The notes under the pieces are model-generated. The model made no database searches. It was not told the DNA's origin and worked only from the letters and a program-made list of their open reading frames with translations. DNA of 64,000 nucleotides from a virus: IMG/VR virus record IMGVR_UViG_3300045988_156211; one strand, written 5' to 3'. This document shows, one piece after another, positions 17,371 through 28,548 of this stretch. Each line of letters opens with the position of its first letter. The stretch's first letter is position 1. A program made the translations under genes and the position numbers.

Positions 17371-18777
17371 TTATTTTTTACGTATCAATACTAACGTTAT
17401 ATGTGGAGGTAATATTACTATAGACTTCTGAGATGTCTGTGCTTCTGCCTTATCCTCGTTGTTTATGGGGTTAGTAGTATAACCCCATTGCCTATTGTCA
17501 TCATCATAGTGTTTATGTAAATTGACATAAGTAGCAGAAGCCTTACCACTCCATACATTTATAGAAGGATCACAATCTCCGGTAGTTAACATTGGGTTAT
17601 CTCTTGGACCTGATTCTCCACTCATAGCTACATCCTGAACTCCTAACATATGTTTATGCAAAGGCAGTTCTGACTTGTCTATAGTAAATTCATAAGTAGA
17701 ATTAAATCCTCCAGTCTGGCCTGGTACATTAAAGTATATATTATCTTTAATGGTTAAACCACCCTCTTTATAACCTATTATAACTCGGCCTGCACCCTTA
17801 TTATAAATCTCCCATCCATCGGGTATTTCCAATGATTCCCATAACATTATAGCTCCAGATGGAACAAGGGCATTCTTTAACTCATTCTGTACATACTCTT
17901 TTAAGGAAGATATTTGCTCATCTATATAATCAGTAACATTCTGACCTTCCTCATTATCCTCAGTAAGATTGCCAAACAAACCATCATACTTAGTTAAACA
18001 ATCCATTACATATTTATGGATTGAAGCTGTATATGGTATGTTATTTGGCCATTTATGATTATATGGTATTAAGCTATAATCTACCATTACTCCATCTACT
18101 GACCTTCTACCATATATGCCTATGATAGTAGAATATATATCATCACTGGGCTTTTCACTACCAAGTATGTTTTCAAATACTAAACCAGATAACCCTTCAT
18201 AAGAGAATACCGAGGTATCATATAGATCATGATAGGTATTTTCATTTTCCCATCCATCCCATTTAGTGGGATCTTTAGATATTTGATATAAGTTGTAAAA
18301 TGATGTTTTACTCTGTACATCGTTAGAGGTTATGTTTATATTATCATGGTTAAGATAGTATGCCTCAAATGTCAGAGTATCTGGCTTAGCCTCAGTATCA
18401 GGTCTATGCTTAGCAAATATAACTATATCATATTCTTGGTCACTTCCAGTGTTATTAGAATTAGCCAATGGTACAGTTATATCTTGATCTGTAGCATGTA
18501 AGTATCCATCTGAGGTTATACATACGTTAATAGCTTTAACATTCTTGTTTATAGCTACATTATGGGATTTTACCAAAGAATTAATATAGTTTATGATAGC
18601 TCTATTATCTTCTTTAGTAGAAGCCGAATAACCTATGGTTACTACATCTCCACTTTTCTTAAAGTTATTGAATCCACATATTGGACCAATACCCTTGGAT
18701 ATACATATTGCCTGACTTAAATCCCAGGACTTCAAGATATTTTCGAAATTAAAAAAGGTTTTGTAACTATTAGCCAT
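17371..18777 (-). CDS. tail fibre / receptor-binding protein with tail-collar type C-terminal domain
   Basis: PSGAIMLWESLEIPDGWEI...AGRVIIGY...ELPLHKH fits the phage tail-collar pattern (GxI..w....iPxGW, lPxHxH). It is the last gene of the baseplate cluster. Confidence 0.55.
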   Translation of the reverse strand: MANSYKTFFNFENILKSWDLSQAICISKGIGPICGFNNFKKSGDVVTIGYSASTKEDNRAIINYINSLVKSHNVAINKNVKAINVCITSDGYLHATDQDITVPLANSNNTGSDQEYDIVIFAKHRPDTEAKPDTLTFEAYYLNHDNINITSNDVQSKTSFYNLYQISKDPTKWDGWENENTYHDLYDTSVFSYEGLSGLVFENILGSEKPSDDIYSTIIGIYGRRSVDGVMVDYSLIPYNHKWPNNIPYTASIHKYVMDCLTKYDGLFGNLTEDNEEGQNVTDYIDEQISSLKEYVQNELKNALVPSGAIMLWESLEIPDGWEIYNKGAGRVIIGYKEGGLTIKDNIYFNVPGQTGGFNSTYEFTIDKSELPLHKHMLGVQDVAMSGESGPRDNPMLTTGDCDPSINVWSGKASATYVNLHKHYDDDNRQWGYTTNPINNEDKAEAQTSQKSIVILPPHITLVLIRKK

Positions 18778-18782
18778 ATCTC

Positions 18783-19436
18783 TTATTTATTAAGGTTGTG
18801 GTAAAAATCTAACTTTATATTATCATAGACCATTTTTATATTAGTATAACACCTATCTTCATTATACCCGCTCTCATTATATATCTCAGATTTCATAGAT
18901 TCTGATACCTGTTTTACCCAATTATCAGTTTCTGTATAATGAGATAATTTGTTTGATTGATATTTATATACATCAAACTTAGAGTTGATATCCTCGAATA
19001 GGTTTTGTACTAATTGGTGTATCTTCTCTTCTGTTTTTTTCCTATTTACTATATTGTTCTCTACTAGTATCCTTTTCACTAACCTCATAGTATTTAAAAA
19101 GGCTAGATCAAATATTGTGTTTGAAGTAGTTTTTATTCTCAACTGAGTTTCAGGTATTAAACCCTCTGAGATATCTTCTATTATCTCATTACTCTTTTTA
19201 ACAGTTTCATTCAGCTGATTAAGTTGAAAAGTGTAATTGCTGATAATACCATTTATCAAGTTTTTAAACCATACGAAACAGGATATCATCAATGCAGCAG
19301 ATAGTAGTAAAAATACTGCACAAATGATTACGGTTACACCATAGTCATGAATACCCTTAGCTAATTCAATAGAGGCGTTGGTAGCCTGAGATACTTTGTC
19401 TAGACTACCAACATTTGTTAAAAATAGATTTACCAT
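18783..19436 (-). CDS. membrane-anchored hypothetical protein
   Basis: One clear TM helix (VTVIICAVFLLLSAALMISCFVWF) followed by a helical domain. Confidence 0.55.
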   Translation of the reverse strand: MVNLFLTNVGSLDKVSQATNASIELAKGIHDYGVTVIICAVFLLLSAALMISCFVWFKNLINGIISNYTFQLNQLNETVKKSNEIIEDISEGLIPETQLRIKTTSNTIFDLAFLNTMRLVKRILVENNIVNRKKTEEKIHQLVQNLFEDINSKFDVYKYQSNKLSHYTETDNWVKQVSESMKSEIYNESGYNEDRCYTNIKMVYDNIKLDFYHNLNK

Positions 19437-19440
19437 AGAA

Positions 19441-22400
19441 TCATTTATTTAAAATTAAGGTCATATCAGAATAGAACTGGTCAGTTTTATATATTGACTT
19501 TAACTGTAAGTTTTCTTTTACTACTTCTAATTTATTCCCAATTGTACAAACTGTGTTTACTAACTCTTTAGAGTCTTCATTGTTATCTTGTAGTATAACG
19601 TTTAATTCAGTAGTATCATCACCAGAATACCTCCTTAACCATAAATTACGTACTGATAACGTCCAGTAACCATCTGAAGGACCCGAAGAAGTATTAATAG
19701 TATTGAAAAAATCAGTGGTATCCTCATCTATTTCTTTTGAGCCAATACTAAGAGTAATGGGTTCTGAGTTACCGTAGGATAATACCAAATCAATACCAAC
19801 TAACTGGTACTTAGTACCGGGTATCATGTTTTTAAACTTTACAGTTATACCATAATCCTTAGTTTCTCCAGTATTTTCACTGAAAGATATAGTAGCAGTT
19901 ATTTCAGGATTGCTATCGCATTTCCACTTATAAGTACCGAAATCAAAGAAACTAATAACTAATGGAGATTTACCAGATGTTGGAGATGGTTGATTACTCT
20001 CTGGGTTTTTCATATCAGCCGATACTAAACTAACATCAACACCAGATATATAACCACCTTCTCCATCAAGTACTTTTAAAGTAGTAACATTATGACTACT
20101 ATCCACTACTCCACCAGATGGATCAAACTTCATAGAAGCAGGTTCTTTAGATGATGATCCACCTCCTCCAATACACTTAAATGTACTTTTAGATAATATA
20201 CCATCATATTCTACCTTTATAGTAGTAGTACCTATAGTTAGATTATAATCAAACTTATAAGTATCACCATATTGAGAAATAGGTGATTCTACTGATACCC
20301 ATGAAGATTCAGGTAAACTAACTATACCTTGATTACTGTAAATCTTAACCTTACTAATATCAACATCTTGCATATATTCTCCCTTAGAATTTAATACCTT
20401 AAATGATATAGTGATAGTCTTGGGAGAATCCAGTATTTCAGTTTGTGGTTCTATCTCTATGGATTTAGGTCTGATTACCTCTTTTACTGTAAAGGTAGCA
20501 GTAAGTGATGGGTTATCATTAGATTTAAAGGTATATATACCAGGACTGGTTGCTCTAAAAGTAATGGGTGAACCATTTAGTGAACCATCTGGCATTATGA
20601 TTTTATACAGATTAGAAGTTATAGCCTGATCATTAGTGTCAACTAAATGTACATTAGTATCGGCTGTACCAGAACTTGGCATTTCGGCTTCTTTAGGTTC
20701 ACATACTATACTTTTAATAGTCTGAGAAGAACTTAATACAGTAAATGTAGCCATAGCCTTATCCTTATCTGATTCTCCTATTTGATCTATTACACTAGAC
20801 TTAATTGTATAATTACCTATTAAGCTAGTATCATTAGGTAAACCCGTACCTATAAGAGTTATGGTAGAACCAGATATATTTTCAAAGCCTGGGACTAACT
20901 TTCCGTCCTTATATAAATTATACTTTAAACTATTTGATACACTAGGTTTATTCGAATTAATACTTACTTGTATTGTTACTTTGCCATCTTCTGGTCTGTA
21001 CACTACAGTAGAGGGAGTACAAGTAATTACCACTTGCAATGATAGATCTTCAACCTTTACTTCACAATTGGTATATAACCCAGAATACCTAGTCCAACCT
21101 ATATAATTATTTTCTATGGTATCACCTATATTATAGGTTTTACCAGTATCGGTACCAGATACATTAGATCCTTGACCTGGGTCATAATCTTCTGGTAAAT
21201 GATACTCTCTTATGGTATCCACATATTCTGATGGTTCTCCGTTTATACCTCCAAGTATTTTAAACTTTGCTACATCATCTTCTGAAGCTAATTTATATAC
21301 AGCTTTAGTAGTCTCAGTATTCCAATCTCCTTCTAAAGGAGAAATCCAGTTTTTAGTATCAATTGGTGATATGTAACTTATCTTTATATCCATTGAAGGT
21401 ATAGGAGTATAGTTAACATATCCCAATTTAGAGGTCAACTGAATAGTGTAACCATGATTTATATTACCATTCCTAAGTATATCTACTCTGAATTTCAAAG
21501 GAACATTACCAAACCCATCTGGGAATAGTTCATCAAATCCACTAGTAGTTGGTTCTATTTTTGGTACAGTATATTTTATATCTCCCTTCTCAAATAGGTT
21601 AATCTGACTTGGGTCCATATCATACCAATAGGGAGTTATCATATATACATATGGCCATTCATCTTTATCTTCCTCAGTATTATTAGAAGAACTACCGCTA
21701 AATAGTAATCTACTCTTAGATTTAACTACTAATCTTATACCACTAACAAATCTAAGTCCTTCGGTATCTTGTGATTCATCTACTGTTGGCCTTATTTTAA
21801 AGTTAAACGTACGATCTTCATCTGATGAAGCTATTACCTGAATACCCTGAGTATCTACGTTATTGTTCTTAAGGTAAACTGTAGATGGAGAAAAATCATA
21901 TTTATATGAACCTTCGAATACTCCCCAACCCCTTTCTAATAAGTATGTACTTACGTTTATCTGATTTACATCGAGAGTACAATAGAAATAATAGGTTACT
22001 CCAGTAGATGGGGGAGTAAACAGATCTCCATTAGAGTATTCTTCAGTAGAGCCTATCCTTTTTATCTTTAGTAAATTGGGATTATTTACAAATCTTGGAT
22101 CTTTAGTTTCTACTATAAGCTTTACTTTAAAATCAGATAGAGGTTGATCATTAGATTCTTGAGATGCTACATATTCGGAAGTATAATTCTCCACATCATC
22201 ATCAGGTTTACCCATCAGTACTTTATAGGTATATTCAGGATAAGCCATAACATTATATGACCTGGTTGCTTGTTGATTACCCTTAGTATCTAATAGGTAA
22301 AACTTATAAGTACCTGGTAATTTAGCTTTATATGTATTACCAGATACTTCAAGATTACTAGGACTATAGTATACCTGGATATTATTATCTATAACTGGTT

Positions 22401-23685
22401 TTTCTTCTTCTACACTGTTAGATCCCCACCTTATAAAGTTACCCTTGTAATCTTCTATTTTCTTACGAGTTTCTCTAGAATGAGTAAGTACTTTAAAGGT
22501 TATAGGAGAACCTTCTTCATCCATAGTATAAAGGGGTAGGTCTTCATTATAACCGTCTACCTCTATGTTGAGTATGTAGGTATCTATACTTACTAACTTA
22601 TTTATTTTAATTGGGTTAGTAGTATTATCGCTATATACATTTTTAAAGATATACTCTCCTGGACCATTAACTACATATACACCATAATCACTGTCTCCAG
22701 GACGTATAGCATTACTCCAAGTAATACCTCCATCCTTAGATACCATATATGGCTCATTTACTTGAGTATCTCCTATTATACCTACAGAAGTTACGGGTAA
22801 TTCAAATGGCGATTTAAAGTAATCCAGATTTTCTGAATAGTTTACAGTTATGGTATGTTCTACAGATATATCATTACCTACCCATTTTATTTCATAACAT
22901 ACATTATATGGTATGAATTTATCTATGAAGTTGATTACAGATTGTTTAAAATCATTCAAACTATCAAAATCAGATAAATCTCCACTGTTTGGTATTGGTA
23001 TATTGAAGGTTACCTTTATACACTGAGTACATCGATAGGTGTTATCAAAATAGGTATCCTTATCAGTTAAATTGTATTCACGGTCTAACACAGTAGCATG
23101 AGGCAATATCTTCTCAGTGTCAGTATTATAATCTCCTTTATAAGAGTAATTCTCTTTATACCAACCATCATAATCTAGAGCTTTAGTTGGATCTTCTATC
23201 AGATCAACACCAGAATCTTCTGTCCAAATGTCATATATAGAAAACATAGTTTTGAAAAACTTTTCAGTACCTCTCCACTTTAATAGTGTTATAGAGTACT
23301 TAATAATATCTCTCAACTTTTTATCTATGTCTTCTGTATTTGTATAAAATCCTACGGGTAAATTCTCTTTTAACCATAGAGATTCTTTGGCTGAAAAATT
23401 TGGGTCATCAAACCCCTTAAAATAATTAAACCATTTATTAGTATCTATGATGTATCTATTCGCATAAGGAATGCTGCCTAGCATATTCCACAAGTAACCC
23501 AAATAATATTTAGATGTAGTTTCTATGTTTAAATTATCTAATACACTAGATATTTCGGGAGTAATTACATCATCAAAATAGGTACCACAAATGTTTAAGA
23601 ATTTTTCTAATATACCTTTACCATCGGAATCTTTATATGTATCATGAGATTTAAAATAGTAAGGCAAAAAATCTATTAAGTTCAT
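19441..23685 (-). CDS. giant baseplate-attached protein: gpI-like N-terminus plus a long array of Ig-like beta domains
   Basis: 1414 aa, immediately downstream of the J/gp6-like gene. The N-terminus (LPYYFKSHDTYKDSDGKGILEKFL) recalls P2 gpI-type wedge proteins. Repeated roughly 90-aa beta segments recur (e.g. ITFRATSPGIYTFKS...ATFTVKE, ATFTVLSS). Confidence 0.6.
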   Translation of the reverse strand: MNLIDFLPYYFKSHDTYKDSDGKGILEKFLNICGTYFDDVITPEISSVLDNLNIETTSKYYLGYLWNMLGSIPYANRYIIDTNKWFNYFKGFDDPNFSAKESLWLKENLPVGFYTNTEDIDKKLRDIIKYSITLLKWRGTEKFFKTMFSIYDIWTEDSGVDLIEDPTKALDYDGWYKENYSYKGDYNTDTEKILPHATVLDREYNLTDKDTYFDNTYRCTQCIKVTFNIPIPNSGDLSDFDSLNDFKQSVINFIDKFIPYNVCYEIKWVGNDISVEHTITVNYSENLDYFKSPFELPVTSVGIIGDTQVNEPYMVSKDGGITWSNAIRPGDSDYGVYVVNGPGEYIFKNVYSDNTTNPIKINKLVSIDTYILNIEVDGYNEDLPLYTMDEEGSPITFKVLTHSRETRKKIEDYKGNFIRWGSNSVEEEKPVIDNNIQVYYSPSNLEVSGNTYKAKLPGTYKFYLLDTKGNQQATRSYNVMAYPEYTYKVLMGKPDDDVENYTSEYVASQESNDQPLSDFKVKLIVETKDPRFVNNPNLLKIKRIGSTEEYSNGDLFTPPSTGVTYYFYCTLDVNQINVSTYLLERGWGVFEGSYKYDFSPSTVYLKNNNVDTQGIQVIASSDEDRTFNFKIRPTVDESQDTEGLRFVSGIRLVVKSKSRLLFSGSSSNNTEEDKDEWPYVYMITPYWYDMDPSQINLFEKGDIKYTVPKIEPTTSGFDELFPDGFGNVPLKFRVDILRNGNINHGYTIQLTSKLGYVNYTPIPSMDIKISYISPIDTKNWISPLEGDWNTETTKAVYKLASEDDVAKFKILGGINGEPSEYVDTIREYHLPEDYDPGQGSNVSGTDTGKTYNIGDTIENNYIGWTRYSGLYTNCEVKVEDLSLQVVITCTPSTVVYRPEDGKVTIQVSINSNKPSVSNSLKYNLYKDGKLVPGFENISGSTITLIGTGLPNDTSLIGNYTIKSSVIDQIGESDKDKAMATFTVLSSSQTIKSIVCEPKEAEMPSSGTADTNVHLVDTNDQAITSNLYKIIMPDGSLNGSPITFRATSPGIYTFKSNDNPSLTATFTVKEVIRPKSIEIEPQTEILDSPKTITISFKVLNSKGEYMQDVDISKVKIYSNQGIVSLPESSWVSVESPISQYGDTYKFDYNLTIGTTTIKVEYDGILSKSTFKCIGGGGSSSKEPASMKFDPSGGVVDSSHNVTTLKVLDGEGGYISGVDVSLVSADMKNPESNQPSPTSGKSPLVISFFDFGTYKWKCDSNPEITATISFSENTGETKDYGITVKFKNMIPGTKYQLVGIDLVLSYGNSEPITLSIGSKEIDEDTTDFFNTINTSSGPSDGYWTLSVRNLWLRRYSGDDTTELNVILQDNNEDSKELVNTVCTIGNKLEVVKENLQLKSIYKTDQFYSDMTLILNK

Positions 23686-23687
23686 GG

Positions 23688-25400
23688 CTATACTGTTTCG
23701 GTTATATTACAAGAAAGATTTTTCTCATAGAACAAAGCTACATTATAATTAGAAGCCTCATAGTCAGAATTAATGGCTCCCAAATAGATAGAATATTTGT
23801 ATCCCATCTGTTGAGAATTTCCATTTACATTGATATAGAATTCATTATCATTCTTTGTATCCTTAATGAGTACATTACTACTCATATTTAGTTTATCTGA
23901 AATGAATCCTCCACTTTCAGAATAAATATAATAGGTATTAGAAGATAACACTTCGATGATATAATTCAAAGGAGTATTAGCCTTCTTAAGGTCAAAGCTG
24001 AGTATATCTATGGATGTACCGTATATTACTTTTGGCCATGGTGTTACATAGAACTTATTTATATGTAAGTAATCTACAGATTCAAGGTTATCTATCAGGG
24101 CATATAAATCGGATATACGTACACTATTACCCATGAGAGTACTTACAGGAGAATAAGCATTACCTAAAGCTTCTACTATTTGACTACGGATAAAACTACC
24201 CTTGTACCCTTTATTACCAGTAACGTCTATATCCAAATTTATGGATACTACACTAACCGATTTTACACTTAACCAAGTAGTTAAAGGAGATCTCAAAGAA
24301 ATATATTCTTTTACCTTTTGACATAATCCTTCTGAAGCTACTGGGTAACCATTATCGGAAGTAACTGCACTTATGTAGATATTCATCTTTCTACCGCAGA
24401 TATACTCTATATTAGCTTGATGTACTCCAGGGTACATTTCAGCTAGATCCTTAAAATCTTGCTTGGTTATGGCTACTTCCCGGGTATTTACACTTAAAGA
24501 TATATGCCTCTTTAAAGTATCAAAATCTTCATAATCGGAACCTCCACTAGCAGGCAATGGGTTATTTATAGTAAAGTCTTTAAGTAAGTCTTCTCCATCA
24601 TCCTGAGTATTACTACTGCTACTTATATACCCAGAACCAATATTACTCTTAGACCCATGAGTATATTTATAAGTAATGGTTACATCTGAACTGTGGTCTG
24701 TAGGTATTTTACCAAAGATGCCATCTCCAAAAACTATTATGGGTATACTATCCTGTATTACCACTTTAAAGTGATTATCTTTAGGACTTGAATTGGCGAA
24801 TGAATTAACTAATGACCATTTCTCAGAACCTATGGTCAATTCCATACTACCTTCTACATAGTATACATCACCATTCAAATCTACTGATATGATATTATCA
24901 TCTGGCAGTTTACCCATATTTTCAGTGTTATACTCATACTGAAATACTGATAAATAGGACATGGTTATACCCTGGGATATCTTATATTCCTTATCGGTAT
25001 ACCAAGTATAACCATAAGCAGTATCTATAAACTTACTGCCAACTGGTATCACAATATCTTTATCTGCTACACCTGTAAGTATAAGATCTGCAGAAGCCGA
25101 TGTTGCACCTCTTGGTGAATAATCTACTAAGGCTGCATGTTTTAAAAGTGATGTGTATTTACGAGCGGTAAGTAAAAAAGTTTCTCTACCAAGATTATCA
25201 ATATAAAAATGTAATACTTCAGCTATAGCTGAAAACATGGATATTATCAGTACTAAGATGTTTCCTTCTGATAAATCAGATATCAGTGGTTTATCTGGGT
25301 TGTTTGGATCTTTTATAGTTTTTAACTTATCCAATAGCTTTTGTTTAATATCACTAAAAGATCTTTCTAATGGGGTTAACCATTTATTACTTAGTGCCAT
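23688..25400 (-). CDS. baseplate wedge protein (P2 gpJ / T4 gp6-like)
   Basis: 570 aa, directly after the gp25-like gene in the conserved order W-J-I. The call rests mainly on synteny and size. Confidence 0.65.
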   Translation of the reverse strand: MALSNKWLTPLERSFSDIKQKLLDKLKTIKDPNNPDKPLISDLSEGNILVLIISMFSAIAEVLHFYIDNLGRETFLLTARKYTSLLKHAALVDYSPRGATSASADLILTGVADKDIVIPVGSKFIDTAYGYTWYTDKEYKISQGITMSYLSVFQYEYNTENMGKLPDDNIISVDLNGDVYYVEGSMELTIGSEKWSLVNSFANSSPKDNHFKVVIQDSIPIIVFGDGIFGKIPTDHSSDVTITYKYTHGSKSNIGSGYISSSSNTQDDGEDLLKDFTINNPLPASGGSDYEDFDTLKRHISLSVNTREVAITKQDFKDLAEMYPGVHQANIEYICGRKMNIYISAVTSDNGYPVASEGLCQKVKEYISLRSPLTTWLSVKSVSVVSINLDIDVTGNKGYKGSFIRSQIVEALGNAYSPVSTLMGNSVRISDLYALIDNLESVDYLHINKFYVTPWPKVIYGTSIDILSFDLKKANTPLNYIIEVLSSNTYYIYSESGGFISDKLNMSSNVLIKDTKNDNEFYINVNGNSQQMGYKYSIYLGAINSDYEASNYNVALFYEKNLSCNITETV

Positions 25401-25412
25401 AGTATAATGAGT

Positions 25413-25835
25413 TTAATGATTATTAATATTATCAAAATAAATCTCTAATGATTGTTGATCCGAACTTTGATCTATAGTGTATAAGATGTTTAAGAATATC
25501 TTGTCTCCTTTAAGATATCCTTCTACATCCTTGAATTTTATACGTGGCTCCCACTCTTCTATAGATTCACGTATAAACTGATTAGTTATATATAAAAGTA
25601 ATGGTATCGAGGGTTCTTCTAGTGTTTCCCATAGCCTAGATCCATAATACTCTTGCCTAAATCTCTGATATATCTGGTGTTCAAATAAAGATCTAAGGTT
25701 ATGTTTTATTAAATCGGGATCTCCAGAAACTGGATACCATCCACTGAGGTTTGGGTTTTTTGGGTTTTTAGTTATAACTATTGGAAATAGTACACCCTTA
25801 CCTATTAAAGTATCATTTATGTTATTATCCATCAT
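25413..25835 (-). CDS. baseplate wedge protein gp25/GPW-like
   Basis: GKGVLFPIVI and IKHNLRSLFEHQIYQRFRQEYYGSRLWETLEEP fit the GPW_gp25 pattern (GxGxxFP, L.T..GER....yGs.l......P). 140 aa. Confidence 0.8.
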   Translation of the reverse strand: MMDNNINDTLIGKGVLFPIVITKNPKNPNLSGWYPVSGDPDLIKHNLRSLFEHQIYQRFRQEYYGSRLWETLEEPSIPLLLYITNQFIRESIEEWEPRIKFKDVEGYLKGDKIFLNILYTIDQSSDQQSLEIYFDNINNH

Positions 25836-26500
25836 TGCTTTATTTTAGGATTTTCATAATCTGATTTATTAAATTTAGTGATAGGTTTACTAACCATGTT
25901 GTTAGTAACTCCACTAACACTTGTACCAGAAGTTACACCAGAATGTGTATGAGTATTGAAAGCATTTCTTAGTGTTTCTATCTCATTTACCAGGTTATTG
26001 AGTTTATCAGTTAACTCCTGTATCTTTACTAAACCTTGGTTATTGCCTTGATTAAATACTACGGTATCTTCACAATCTATAGAAATACGACCTTTAGTAT
26101 ATACAGTTACTTCTCCCGTATCTTCATTGATGAGGAATTTATGACCACTTTTAGTAATTATACCAAATACGTTTATATCCTTAAAATCTTCGGGTATATG
26201 TTTTGGATCTACCCATCCTAGATAATCCCAAACTGGAGCTCCAACATTTCCTTGTTGAAATAGAGCTATTACTAAATCGCCCTTTTTAGGTATAGGTTTC
26301 CTTGAACCAAATCCCTTAGAACCATAGTGAGATTTAGCAAAAGCCCAAAAAACATATCCTTCATTTATCTGATAGTTTATTAATTGTAACCTACCCATAT
26401 TTAAAGGGTCTTTATTATCTAGTACTTTGCAAATATAAAAAGAATAATATCTACCAAAAGTTTCTAATCCTTCCTCTGATAATATGCTAAACCCGCCCAT
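25832..26500 (-). CDS. baseplate central spike protein (gpV / gp5 OB-fold type)
   Basis: YICKVLDNKDPLNMGRLQL is the typical spike OB-fold opening (V.dn.DP...GRvkV). The C-terminal part is HTHSGVTSGTSVSG. Confidence 0.7.
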   Translation of the reverse strand: MGGFSILSEEGLETFGRYYSFYICKVLDNKDPLNMGRLQLINYQINEGYVFWAFAKSHYGSKGFGSRKPIPKKGDLVIALFQQGNVGAPVWDYLGWVDPKHIPEDFKDINVFGIITKSGHKFLINEDTGEVTVYTKGRISIDCEDTVVFNQGNNQGLVKIQELTDKLNNLVNEIETLRNAFNTHTHSGVTSGTSVSGVTNNMVSKPITKFNKSDYENPKIKQ

Positions 26501-26503
26501 AAT

Positions 26504-28000
26504 TTATCTTTTTACTAAATTTAATATAGTTAGATATCCATTACTATCTATATTATGAGTACAATCCCTGATATACCATTTACCAGACCATTTTGAACCA
26601 ACATTATAGATATTAATGTACTTATAGTTAGTTAGACCTGGTTTACCAACTACGGTTAATTCACAAGTCTTTTCTAACTCAACCTGTTTAGATAGAGCAT
26701 TTTCTAAAGCTCCAAGCCTATTACTCAAGCCTGATATCTGGTTAGCTATCTGGTTCTTAAGTTCATAGTTTTCTTTAAGGATCTGTATATCTGGAGATTG
26801 ATCAGCAGATCTCATGATAACATCTCCAACACTTACTTGACCTTGCTTAGTACCTTCTACAGTATATGCTTCTACTCTTAAAGCTTTCTCCTTATATGTT
26901 TTGGGAGATACTCCAGGAGCCATACCTCCAGAACTGGTTACTATAGTAGAAGCAGACCTCTTAGTAACTGTTATTGGTTTAGAAGATATTAATACTTCTC
27001 CCGGATACAAGTAACTATTTGGATCCAACGGATCTGCTCCGGCTTTTACTGGAGATGTTCTAACTACCCTAGAAGTTTTACCTCTATTAAAGGGTTTACC
27101 TTTTAACCTGGTTACATTGTATTTTGAATTAAACAGTTTACCATGTTTTTTCTTAAAGGATTCTAAATCTCCACCTTCATAATAAAGAGTAGCATAATCT
27201 CTAAGGAACTCTAGATATTCTTGGGGATGCTTTTTAGCATACTCTTCCATTATGTTGTTTACAGCTCTTGGTGATAAAGCATTTACGTCCAGGTTATTAG
27301 ATACATTACCCTTCTTTACATCAGATAATACCTTAAACCTTTTCTTTAAACTACCCAGATATTTTTCTTTATCTTTACTATTACCTATGTATTTTTCTGT
27401 TGGATCTCCAGGAGCTTTACTACCATATATAGTAGCAACCCGGGTAGCATCCCTCGGAGCATAATCTCTAATCTCTAATTCATACTTACTATCAGGAGAT
27501 AAGTCCTTTATCTGATTATCTATAGCATCCTTTAACCGATTGTAAGCAGAACTAACTTGATCATTGTAGGGATCTTTAGGATTTATACGATTTACTCTCA
27601 TAACGGGATTACCCGAAGTACCTCCAGTATACTTAGTCTGTAAACTAAATGAAGCTCTAATAAATTCTCCATTTTCATCTTTATAGGTATAATCTGGTAC
27701 ATCTGAAGTATCCTCGAAATCCCTATTATGTACATAGATAATACCCTGAATAGAATCTATATACCATGGACCTCCGGGTATATTCTTAAAGATATTATTC
27801 AACTGAGAGTATACATTATTACCAGCTACCCCATTAGATGTATTAAGTATAGCCCTTAAATCATCGGGTAACTGGTCTATATCTGGAGTATCATCCAACC
27901 CATTACTAAATAGGATTGTTCCTTTAGTGTTATCTATTATTGGTTTAGAAGCTTGTACACTTTGGAACACTGGATGATTAGCTAATTCTGTACTTAACAT
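26504..28000 (-). CDS. baseplate hub protein (gpD / gp27 / Mu gp44-like)
   Basis: The C-terminal WSGKWYIRDCTHNIDSNGYLTILNLVKR matches the conserved GxYxIxxVxHxxxxxGYxTxLxLxR ending of gpD/VgrG-type hubs. Its position upstream of the spike also fits. Confidence 0.65.
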   Translation of the reverse strand: MLSTELANHPVFQSVQASKPIIDNTKGTILFSNGLDDTPDIDQLPDDLRAILNTSNGVAGNNVYSQLNNIFKNIPGGPWYIDSIQGIIYVHNRDFEDTSDVPDYTYKDENGEFIRASFSLQTKYTGGTSGNPVMRVNRINPKDPYNDQVSSAYNRLKDAIDNQIKDLSPDSKYELEIRDYAPRDATRVATIYGSKAPGDPTEKYIGNSKDKEKYLGSLKKRFKVLSDVKKGNVSNNLDVNALSPRAVNNIMEEYAKKHPQEYLEFLRDYATLYYEGGDLESFKKKHGKLFNSKYNVTRLKGKPFNRGKTSRVVRTSPVKAGADPLDPNSYLYPGEVLISSKPITVTKRSASTIVTSSGGMAPGVSPKTYKEKALRVEAYTVEGTKQGQVSVGDVIMRSADQSPDIQILKENYELKNQIANQISGLSNRLGALENALSKQVELEKTCELTVVGKPGLTNYKYINIYNVGSKWSGKWYIRDCTHNIDSNGYLTILNLVKR

Positions 28001-28001
28001 A

Positions 28002-28544
28002 TTAAAACTTTTTAATGATTACACCAACATCATATCCACAACCTTCTTTAAGCCATTTTAAAAAAGTATCATTACCCGATAAAGGCGAATAAGGTTTTTT
28101 ATATTTCATCAAATCTGATTTGTCCTTAGTAAGGATTGTAATAGTTACACCATTATTATCAAATACAGCATCTATTTGCCTTATAACAGTAGATAATATT
28201 GGGCTTGTTAAAAATGAACCATCAGGAAATATATATCCATACTGTATAAATATTTTAGAGTTTTCTTGTAGACCCGAAATATCTATGGTGTTTGGATCTT
28301 CGCTTCTGAATATAAGTTTACCTTCATTACCTGGGTTAGTATTTTTCCTAAATCCTCTAGAACTCCTAGAATTGGCCTCTTGGAAAGTATACCTAAAGGA
28401 ATCCATGTATAGTCCAAGAGGTAAATTCGTTAAGGGATTTAGTATAGGCTGAGAAGCTTCATCAAATAAAGCTATGTATGGTGTACCGGTACCAACATAT
28501 AGTGTTGGCTTTTCGGGTTGTTTACTAGATTTAACTGTTGCCAT
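28002..28544 (-). CDS. tail/baseplate-associated hypothetical protein
   Basis: 180-aa ORF tightly packed between the LysM protein and the hub. Confidence 0.55.
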   Translation of the reverse strand: MATVKSSKQPEKPTLYVGTGTPYIALFDEASQPILNPLTNLPLGLYMDSFRYTFQEANSRSSRGFRKNTNPGNEGKLIFRSEDPNTIDISGLQENSKIFIQYGYIFPDGSFLTSPILSTVIRQIDAVFDNNGVTITILTKDKSDLMKYKKPYSPLSGNDTFLKWLKEGCGYDVGVIIKKF

Positions 28545-28548
28545 AGTA

